This document shows, in pieces, positions 36,703-46,322 of a DNA stretch of 64,000 bases. Location: positions 74,400,001 to 74,464,000 of the forward strand of contig NC_058380.1 of the NCBI RefSeq assembly GCF_018350175.1, read 5' to 3'. Origin of the DNA: Felis catus. Lineage: Eukaryota. The notes under the pieces were generated by a model. The model had not been told where the DNA came from, ran no database searches, and was given only the letters and a program-made list of their open reading frames with translations. Each line of letters opens with the position of its first letter. The first letter of the stretch is position 1. The position numbers and the translations under genes are program-made.

Positions 36703-37164
36703 AGACTAGACACATTTCAATTTCCCTATAGCCACATGTGGCTAGTGTCTCCCATATTGGATAGCCCGACTGCAGAGCATCTAACTCAGTTAAATATTAT
36801 GTATTCATTGGTGGGCATTTTTGTCTGGCTGTCTCCCTCATTAACTCCAAGCTCCAGGAGGACAAAGAATGTGTCTGTTTTGCTCATATACAGTAGCTTG
36901 CTGAAGGCTGGCACAAACCAGGTGCTCAATAAACACTTTTTAATAAATGAATGAATGAATGAAGAGTGTCTCTATTATTATCTCTTGGTCCTGACTTTGT
37001 TCAGACTCATTTGTAGTTAATTTCTAGGAATAATTTGCAATGCTTTGTTCCTTGACCTGCTTTCCAGGCCTGCTTCTTAGCTCCTGGGAAAGCAGAGAAA
37101 TAAATGTTACCCAGGCAGATCCTAGATCTGTGTCTGTGAAGAGATGGAAATAGCAAGTAAATGC

Positions 37165-37670
37165 TATTGTAAGGGAGGAGAAATATCTTTCTTCTACCCA
37201 ACTTAGGTTTTTGGCTGGGTCTTTATAACAAAAGACAGATTTACAAGAGAAAAGCATCCAAATTTATTTAAGGTAAGTTCTATGTGACATGGGAGCCTTC
37301 ATAAGGAAATGAAGACCAGACGAAGTGCTTCAAACTGAGTATTTTTACACTTGTTTGATGAAGTGTGGGAAGTCATGGAAAACGTGTTAGGACAAAAGGG
37401 GTATGAGCTAAGAGGAGGAAACTTGAGGAAACTTAGCAAGGCCTGTTCGTCCTGATTTCTCTTGAAGCCTCTTGGGGTCCTTGCAGATAAGGATGTTCCT
37501 TTCCTCTGGAAATGGGGAAGACATTTTTTACATGAGAGTCTCATGACCTGCTTTAAGGGAAGGCCAAAGAATCCTTCCTGCACATGCTGATTCTCAAATT
37601 CTTTCAGTTTGAAATAGTCAATATGTCCAGGTGCCACATTTTTGGTTGATGTATCCTGAACCCTGTAACT
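37165..37670 (-). mobile_element. ERV1-class solo LTR (MER34-like)
   Basis: ttcagtttgaaatagtcaatatgtccaggtgccacattttggttgatgtatcctgaaccc is the reverse of the recalled MER34 start. Confidence 0.7.
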
Positions 37671-37774
37671 ATCACAGCAATACACAGCACCTGGGCTCAC
37701 TGGAGGGTAAATATTCTCTCTATAACACCAGTAAAATTTGAGAATAGAATCTTAGTTTCTTTAGGATTATTTTC

Positions 37775-38185
37775 TTTAATTTTTTTTAAATGTTTTTATT
37801 TATTTTTGAGACAGAGAGACAGAGCATGAGCAGGGGAGGGGCAGAGAGAGAGGGAGACACAGAATCTGAAGCAGTCTCCAGGCTCTGAGCTGTCAGCACA
37901 GATCCTGATGTGGGGCTCGAACTCACGGACTGTGAGATCATGACCTGAGGGGAAGTCGGATGCTTAACTGACTGAGCCACCCAGGCGCCCCACTTTAAAT
38001 TTTTTTTTTAATGTTTATTTATTCTGAGAGAAAGACAGCATGAGTGGGGTAGGTCCAGAGACAGAAGGAAAGAGAGAATCCCAAGCACCTGTCAGTGCAG
38101 GGCCGATGTGGGGTTCCCATAAGATCATGGCGTGAGCTGAAATCAAGAGTCAGACACTTAACCAACTGAGGCACCCAGGCACCCC
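37775..38185 (-). mobile_element. Two tandem CanSINEs (37775-37991, 37994-38185) sharing one outer TSD
   Basis: tag(g/a)attatttt at 37762-37773 and 38186-38197 encloses both. Confidence 0.92.
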
Positions 38186-38992
38186 TAGAATTATTTTCAG
38201 TGTAAATCAAGGAAGAGTAAGGGTTAACTATTAGTCATCAGCATTCCAAGGTGGAAAATGTATATGCAGAGACCAAGAACCTGTCTCATAGGAGGCCCTA
38301 TGTGGGAGTGGAGGTAGGGTGGGGCATTTAGTTCCTTTATGAGTTTCCCATGAGGCAAGTCAGGCCCCCCACCCTGGATTTTGTGACAGGACTACTAGTT
38401 GGCCACATGGAGCCTTTGAATGAACTAGAGAAAGGTGCTCTCTCTGGGGAGAGTGGGTGGAGCATGAGCTGGTTTTTAGCATAGTCTCACTTCCTTGTGT
38501 GGTGAACAACCTGTTCAGCCATAAGCACTGGTCCTGCAAAGTCTCTCTAGAGCAGTCACTTTGTCTGAGGTGAACTTCCATTAACTAAGTATACCAGGTT
38601 GATAGATAAAAACAAAAGGCTCACTGATTACCTTTCTTTGAGAAGTCACGGTCACAGGGATTGAGATACCTATGTTATTATGAGTAGTGAGTACATTCAA
38701 AGCTAGTTCCATGAATTAACGAGTTCAACTCTCACAATAACCCTATTATACTATCATTAACTCCATTTTTAACATATGAGGGGTCTGAGGCTCACAGATA
38801 AATGTCAGAGCTGGGATTTGAACGCAACTGTCTAGTTTCCTTAGGCGAGGCAATGAGAGGTCACACTTCCCTTGTTGCTGACTTGGGACCCGTATAGGTC
38901 ATTATTGCTCCTTCACCTTGTTTCTGACTTGTGTTTGAACAGCCACATATCAGAATGGGCACAGTCTTTTCTTGGATGTGCTGATACATTTC

Positions 38993-39205
38993 AGGTGCCT
39001 GGGTGGCTCAGTCGGTTGAACGCAGACTCTTGGTTTCAGCTCAGGTCATGATCCCAGGATCGTGGGATCGAATCTAGTGTCAGGCTATGCACTGAGTGTG
39101 GAGCCTGCTTAAGATTCTCTCTGTCTCTCTGTCTCTCTCTTTCCCTCTGCCCTTCTCCCCCACTTGCTTTCTCTCTCTCAAATAAATAAAATGGAAAAAA
39201 AAAAA
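38993..39205 (+). mobile_element. Older CanSINE
   Basis: Head, gatcccaggatcgtgggatcgaa B-box region and A-tail; gatgtg..ataca TSD. Confidence 0.88.
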
Positions 39206-39724
39206 GATGTGATAATACAGCCGCACATCAGGGGTTCAAAGCCTGAGATCCACTCTGTGTCCCTCAGATGACTTTGTGAATCTTTGCTCTGGACTGCTGG
39301 CTCAAGACTTCAGGGTTTCCTCTGGAGGGCAATTCCTTCACCCTCATTTCCTAGTTATTTCAGGACATCTCCCCAGAGTACCCAAGTTCTGACAACAAAC
39401 ACCCACTCAGATAACCAGAAAACATACACTAGTCTGAAAATTTCAGTGGATGGCTTGTCTAGTACTGTTCTCTTTATACAATAAACTTTTGAAATGTTGC
39501 AAGCAAAAAAAAAATTCTGGAATGTGTAGAAATTTCGATGCTTTCAGGAAGCTGGCTGTTAGAGGAACCCTCATGTGAAGGCTTTTGTTAAGTGGAGGAC
39601 CAGATTTGTAAATCAAACAATCACCCCCTAGCCAGATAAAAACAACAGCTTCCATCTCCTGGCATTGATGACAGACTAGAAACCGTGCAAAAGCTTCACC
39701 TCCATCATTATAATCATTTCTCTC

Positions 39725-40215
39725 TCTCTTCGTAACAGCTTTATTGTGACATAATTCACACACTGTACCATTTACCGTTTTAAAGTAGACAATTTGGTAT
39801 TTTGAGTATATTCACAAGGGTGTGCAGCTGTCCACTACCTCATTCCATAACATTTCCATGATCCCAAAAAAGAACCCCCTTGCCAGTGAGCCCTCACTCC
39901 TTGTTCCCTCTCCCCCCTCCCCCCGCCCCCCCCCCCCCCCCAGCTCCTGGGTGGCCACTAACCTACTTTCTGTCTCTATAAGATTTGTCTATTCTGAACA
40001 CTTCAGATAAGCAGACCTGCACAATATGTGGTCTTTTGTGCCCAGATCCTTTCACTTAGCATGTTACTAAGGTCGACCCATATTACAGCATGTATCAGTA
40101 CTTTACTCCTTTTTATGATCAAATAATATTCCATCGATGGGTAAGCCACATTTTGTTTACCTACTCGTCACTTGATAGGCATTTGGGTTATTTCCACTTT
40201 TTGGCTACCACCATC
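39725..40215 (-). mobile_element. L1MB-like 3' end with expanded poly-C tract
   Basis: aacagctttattgtgacataattcaca...ctttcacttagcatg...atttccactttttggcta. Confidence 0.85.
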
Positions 40216-40956
40216 TCTTAATCCTCTTGCCACCCTTAGAAGCATGTATTGTCCTCTGTTGATTCAATGAATTACATTTTCCTAGAACACTGAAAATGAC
40301 AAATCTTTCCAGGAAATCAATGACTGGACTTAAAGTCCCAGAGACCAGTCAAATGCTGGTTCTTAGATGTTCTGGATTTTAGCTTTCTTTCCAACCCTAT
40401 CTCTAACGTTAATCCAGTGAACAATGTCCTGAACCATAAATCCAGCTCCTCCTAGAGTGCAGAGATGCTTCTATCAAAAAGTTCTGGCGTTATTTTATGT
40501 TCCCAGTGCTTGGTGGCTCCAGGAGACCATCTGGTCCTTCCCACAGCCCACGAGATTCCTGCAGAGCACAGTGGATCAGATGTTCCACTTTGCAGGCCTG
40601 GTTGGATTCAAATATCCCATCTGATCCCATCTGACAGTTAATAGGGGAGTGACTTTGGGCAAGTTACTTAACCTCCCTGAGCTTCAGTCTGGTTATAGAA
40701 AGGGGTTAATAACATTACTTTAGAGTTGCTGTCAGAACCAGTCAAGTGTTAGGGCAATACCCTTCATGTTGTAAACTCAACTACTGGCTTCCTAACTACC
40801 AATTTGTGGTGGGAGGTATCTCTGTGCCAAGTTGCTCCCACCAAATCCAGACACGCTGGTTCTTTTCCACTAATCAACCCTAACTCCTCTTCCCACCCCC
40901 ACCCCACCCCCCAATTCTTTCCTGGTTAACTTCTCACTCTTCTGATATCATTCTAA

Positions 40957-41162
40957 TTTTTTTTTTTAACGTTTATTTATTATTGAGAAACAGAGACAGA
41001 GCATGAGCATGGGAGGGGCGGGGGAAGACACAGAATCTGAAGCAGGCTCCAGGCTCTGAGCTGTTAGCACAAAGCCGGAGGTGGGGCTTGAACTCACAAA
41101 CCGTGAGACCATGACCTGAGCCAAAGTTGGACGCTTAGCCAACTGAGCCAGCAAGGCGCCCC
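40957..41162 (-). mobile_element. CanSINE A (older of the pair)
   Basis: TSD tctgat(a/c)tcatt(c/t)ta at 40941-40955 and 41163-41177. Confidence 0.93.
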
Positions 41163-41177
41163 TCTGATCTCATTTTA

Positions 41178-41400
41178 TTTTTTTTTAAATTTTTTTTTCA
41201 ACGTTTATTTATTTTTGGGACAGAGAGAGACAGAGCATGAACGGGGGAGGGGCAGAGAGAGAGGGAGACACAGAATCGGAAACAGGCTCCAGGCTCTGAG
41301 CCATCAGCCCAGAGCCTGACGCGGGGCTCGAACTCCCAGACCCGAGATCGTGACCTGGCTGAAGTCGGACGCTCAACCGACTGAGCCAGCAAGGCGCCCC
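41178..41400 (-). mobile_element. CanSINE B (young, CpG-rich subfamily)
   Basis: ccatcagcccagagcctgacgcggggctcgaactcc body. Confidence 0.95.
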
Positions 41401-41889
41401 TCTGATCTCATTTTAAATGCCACTTCCTTGGAAAGCCCTCATGCCCGTCTTCTTAGAGCACTCTGCATTTTCTTTTCATTACTGTATCAGTTTCCCATTT
41501 CCTATTTATTTTAATGTGTTTTTTTTTGTTCATCAACTGTGCACTCCACCAGGGACTCTGTCTGGCTCTCTAGTTCCTCAGTACGTACAGTGGTCTAGGA
41601 TCATGGCAGGCATTCATCAAATATTTATGGCAAATAGTCCACCTCGTTCTTTGAACTGAGGTTCAGACAGGAGGAAAGCATCCTCCTCCAAATCACAGAG
41701 CGTAAGTGGCATATCTGTCCCCATGTGTCCCTATTCCCAATCCACACTCTATCCCCTGAGCCTGGTAAGAATTTTTCTAACGTGCCCCCTAATATATTTG
41801 AGTGCCAAAGAAAATTCCAGAAAGGGGAGAGTAAAGAAGAGTGCAAAATAAGGGAACCTCTTATTTGGCTTGGCTCTTCCTCTCCCGAC

Positions 41890-42560
41890 CTTAAGGCGCG
41901 TAGATTGTAAAGCGAGGGATTATAGCAAAAACGACATACCGGGGCAGCTACCACAACCGAACTGGCGAAGGAACAGCCACGCAAGGAGCGGGGGCGCTGA
42001 GAGGAGGAAGGGGGTAAAGACAGAAGACAGATCCTGCGCAGGCGCAGCCGAGACATTCCGCTCTTCCTCCCCCCCGCCCCTCCCTTCCCGGTCCAGTCAC
42101 CAGACGCCTTGTGCAGTCAGCTGACGCGGCGCTGCGATAGTCACGTGGCGGCGGGCGGGGCGCCGCCTCACAGCGCAGGCGCAGATCCTAGGCTCCTGGG
42201 TCAGCTGACCCGAGGGGGCGAGCTCGCCGATCTAGGCCGCTTACCTCGGCCTCAGAGTCGCCACCGCCATGGCCAGCCAGTCGCAGGGCATCCAGCAGCT
42301 GCTGCAGGCCGAGAAGCGGGCCGCCGAGAAGGTGTCGGAGGCCCGCAAGCGTGAGTTTCGGGGTGGGGCGGCCAGGCGTGGTGCCAGTGCACGAAACGCC
42401 GCCAGGCCGCAGGAGGTCGTAGGTAGATGAGGCCCGAAAAACTGCGGCGTAGAGGGGTGGTGACAATCGCGGGATCTTGTGTGGCTCGAAACTGTCTGGA
42501 TCTGAGGCTCTGGAAGGCTTGAGGGTCGACTGGAAGCCGCGATGTGGGGTAGTAGACAGG
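41890..42560 (+). promoter_or_regulatory. ATP6V1G1: CpG-island promoter of ATP6V1G1 with CLEAR-like E-box, NRF1-like sites and GC boxes
   Basis: High CpG density. GTCACGTGGC at 42140-42149; TGCGCAGGCGCA at 42035-42046 and GCGCAGGCGCA at 42173-42183; GGGCGG/CCCGCCC boxes. Confidence 0.9.
42269..42350 (+). CDS. ATP6V1G1: V-type proton ATPase subunit G1, coding exon 1 (MASQSQGIQQLLQAEKRAAEKVSEARK + 1 nt)
   Basis: Kozak gccaccgccATGG at 42269. The translation matches the V-ATPase G1 N-terminus as recalled. 82 nt ending at donor C|gtgagt (42351); lies in a CpG island. Confidence 0.98.
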
Positions 42561-44358
42561 GCGTGGAGACAATAGTAGGTGGATGACCTTGGGGTCTTGG
42601 GAGGCTTGTGAAATGGGCTTTTCAAACGGAACTCGTCTTTCTCCCTGTCACTTGCTCCTTTGGGTTGTTTTGTGTCCGTGTACAGAGCTACCGTAATCCA
42701 TGCTGTTGAACACAGAGTCCTCTTTGCCACGTCTGCTTCTCTTGTTCGCCACGTTTAGACAGTAGCCAAGGTGTATACGCCTGTTTAACTTTTCCCCCAT
42801 CCCCACAGCTAGCATCTTAGTCCGGGACACCAGGTTTTCTGAGGCTCTGGTACCAGCGTGCTTCGTTAATTCCTTTAAAAAAAATTTTTTTTTAATGTGA
42901 TTAATATGTGCCAGACGCATTACCCAGTGTACCGGTGACCGGTGTCTCCATCATCATGGTATTCAAAAGCCCCAGTGGAGGAAGCCAATGCTGGGTGGGT
43001 TAGTTGCAGATGAGATGGGGGCTAGAGTTAGAAGTGTAAGGTTGCTAAGGAACTTAACGGGTGGATCCAACCTCCTCCAAGTGCATTCTCCTTCCATCAG
43101 AGTCCTCCCTGGGGTGCGGATAGGACTTCCCCACTTCCTTTACAGTCAGTTTAGCGCCTGCAGAATAAAGACCAGGTTCCTTTTTCTTTTTTTCTTTTTC
43201 TGAGCAAAACAGTAGGGTTTATTGAGCAAAAGTACAAAGGTCTCAAGAGTGAGAGGGCTGGGTTGCCCAGACCAGATTCCTTAATAGGGTGTAGGCAGTG
43301 TTTTTGGATCGGGCTCTAGCTTTCTTCCCTCATCTCATTTTTGGGTTCTCTCCTCCAGCCATCCTGGGCCACTGTGATGCCTTATTTCACCTGCAAACCT
43401 CGGTACAGCTGTTTTCTCCAGTTGAAAGTGCCTTTTCCTAGTTTCCTCTCTCTTTAACACTTAGTCTTCAGATCTCAAAATTTAGGCAGCATTTCTTCCA
43501 GGAAGCCTTCCCTGCTTTGTCCTTCTCTCAAACCAGGCTGAGTCCTTCCTAAGACCTTATTTCTGTCATCGCGATGCGATAACAGGTTTCTTAATAGGGC
43601 TTAGTCACTAGACTAAGCTCCTGGAGTACATGGACTGTGTGTAACTTAATCGTATGTGTTCATTTTCCCATCTGGTGAGAAAGGTATCCTTATCCCTGTT
43701 ATACAGATGGGTGATAGGAGGCTTATTGAAATGATTTGACCATACCGTGAGAAAAAGCATAGCGGGAGCCTAGAGGCCTCTTTTCCCATGCAAGGAGTAT
43801 GACCCTTAGTAATTCTTTGGTGTTTCTCTTGTTATTAGACACTTTTATCCCATACCCAAGTAGATTTCAAGCACGGCTCTTATATTTTCTGGCTTAGAGT
43901 ATTTCCTATGAAATACTCTATTTCATAGGAAAAGCTTTCTTTGAGGGAGCTGAGGATGATGGGAACAAGCCTTTTATTCTTGCGCTGGTGACTGGAAAGT
44001 TTTGTGTTCTTCATAGAATATTTCTCATCATGGCCTTGATGATAAAGTATTTCCAGAATGACTTCTCAGAGTTTGTCCTGTGGTGGCTCATTAGTAACAG
44101 AAGTTACTGTTGGGAAGTATGTGAGATTATTTGGGGGAGGTGCAGGAACAAATACTTGTAAGATGGTCAGAATAATTCTGAGTGTCTTGGATGTAGGGGT
44201 CATGTTATACATTTTTCTTTATCTCATCAAGCTTAGTGCAGGGTCTTGTATAGGTCATATAGCTATTACATATTTACTGAATGAATTTGTTTTAAAGGAG
44301 TGAGTTTATGGCGAATATACATCTCAGAATTTGCAGTAATTAGAAACAGAAGTATTGA

Positions 44359-44580
44359 GGGGTGCCTGGGTGGCTCAGTCGGTTAAGCGTCCGACTTCAG
44401 CTCAGGTCACCATCTCGCGGTCTGTGAGTTCGAGCCCCATGTCGGGCTCTGGGCTGATGGCTCAGAGCCTGGAGCCTGCTTCTGATTCTGTGTCTCCCTC
44501 TCTCTCTGCCCCCTCCCCTGTTCATGCTCTGTCTGTCTCTCTCTCAAAAATAAACGTTAAAAAAAAATTTTTTTTTTTAA
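44359..44580 (+). mobile_element. CanSINE in ATP6V1G1 intron 1, sense orientation
   Basis: Perfect 17-bp TSD agaaacagaagtattga at 44342-44358 and 44581-44597. Confidence 0.96.
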
Positions 44581-46182
44581 AGAAACAGAAGTATTGACAA
44601 GAGCTACAATTTGAAAAAAATCACTGCCTTTTTTGATTTGTAATTATGGTTATCTTGCCCATTTAGGAATTGGGAAGAGGCAGTACATATGTGGCAAAGG
44701 GATCCTACTTAAATTTTTCTTGAAATTGTTTCTTTGGACCATAAAACTTAAAAAAAAAATTGTGTTATGGTTTATTTCATTGACGTAGCTGTTTCAGTGA
44801 TGTTTATTTCATTATGGGAGCCAATAAAATACTGGCTCCCACAAAAATAAGGTGTAAAAGAAATATGATTTCCTGTTCAAGTATTTATTTTTGGTTTTCA
44901 GACAAGCCTATCAGCATTGAACTTTGAAGATATCTGATGGGCAGGGAATGGTTTATCTTAATTCAGAGAACTTTGGGAGTTAGCAGTGACCAGGAGAGTG
45001 GTATTGTGAAATTATGTGGAGCTAGCATAATGTTTGAGTCATAAGTGTTATTTGTAGATTGTTGGTTTAGGAAAGACCTTCAGCTCTGAAGTATGGGATA
45101 AGGAGGATGGCATGTGGAGGACAGGGGTAGAAGTTAGCTCACAGGGACAGCAGTAGGCCCTAAATAATACTGGAGAAAACATACACTTACAGAAATAGGT
45201 TTGGGGTTTTTAGAGAGGTCTGTTGATTGTTTCACCAGAAACATGATGGAGTGTTGATGTGGGGTCATTATACATCGAAAATCCTGTTCTTCATCAGGAG
45301 ATGGGAGGTTAAATTCACTTTCATTTGTCTACATGGCTTGAGTGGGATTTGGGAAATTGATGTACAAGAATGTCTAATAAAGCTTACTTTTAGGTGCAGG
45401 ATGTCTTTTGCTCTGGATTAAATAAATGCTCAGGTTGATCATATAGCCTCAATTTGGGTTTCTGAGAAGTTTGATCAGTGAGCAGAGGATCAAAGCAGAG
45501 AATATATGCTGGCTGGTCTTGGGGTCTGTTTTCAGACAGGGTCTGATGGAATTTAAAGAATCTTTTCAGCTGTATGTTTATTCTCTAGAAACCAGAGCCC
45601 CTGTGTCTCCTCACTTCTTAGATGCTTGTGCAGTCTTACCGTCCAGTGCTTCCCATTTCAGGATACCTTCCCAGAACCACTTTGTTACTTATTTCCTTGT
45701 GCACAGGCATGGTTTTAGTTTCCAATATTACATCATCTGTCTCATTAGTTACATTTTAGGTTACTGTCTCTTGGGAGCATATTCCTCTCCTCACTCAGCT
45801 TCTAAGCAGACCTCTAGTTACAATCAACAGCATACTTAGGTGTTTACTTCTTAGGAAGAGCAAGAATTCCCCAGATGGGTAATGTCACCCATTTTATGTT
45901 GGTTCTTAACAGTGGAGATTGAGAGAATATTCTGACACATTGCAGAACTGTTTCCATCATTTTTCTGTTTGCAGTTATGGAAGACGGTCCTTTTTATCTG
46001 GTCACTTCCTAGCTAAGTACAGCTTGCAGGAGGCAGGAACCTATACTGCTACTTAGCTTTGAATTCCCCCGTGCATGTCTCTTGGGACTGTAGCATAAAA
46101 CTTTTTTCCTTGTTACCTGTTAGAGTTTACTATCTCAGTCTCTGCTTCCTCTTCTACTTGTCTTTTAACCACTTCTTGATGC

Positions 46183-46322
46183 NNNNNNNNNNNNNNNNNN
46201 NNNNNNNNNNNNNNNNNNNNNNNNNNNNNNNNNNNNNNNNNNNNNNNNNNNNNNNNNNNNNNNNNNNNNNNNNNNNNNNNNNNNNNNNNNNNNNNNNNNN
46301 NNNNNNNNNNNNNNNNNNNNNN
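46183..46322 (+). other. ATP6V1G1: 140-N assembly gap; inferred location of ATP6V1G1 coding exon 2 (101 nt)
   Basis: Exon 1 (82 nt, phase 1) plus exon 3 (174 nt, phase 0) need a 101-nt exon to give the 357-nt CDS. No KNRRLKQAKEEAQ-coding sequence is visible in 42351-48602. A pyrimidine-rich tract runs into the left gap edge. Confidence 0.75.

Larger units (their letters stand above)
35571..36772. mobile_element. MER33 interrupted by an L1 fragment and a SINE
   Basis: Three collinear MER33 segments (35571-35670, 36346-36522, 36703-36772). Confidence 0.85.

Noticed and set aside
42188-42730. 180-aa minus-strand ORF over ATP6V1G1 exon 1 (likewise 48535-48897 over exon 3)
   Set aside because: Antisense shadows of real GC-rich exons with no independent support.
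43563-43585. Near-perfect 10-bp stem ctgtcatcgc-gat-gcgataacag in intron 1
   Set aside because: Short enough to arise by chance in 64 kb; not a match to the TCTCGCGAGA motif.
46113-46182. Minus-strand E/K-rich peptide HQEVVKRQVEEEAETE beside the gap, superficially like subunit G exon 2
   Set aside because: Wrong strand; it is the complement of the polypyrimidine tract.
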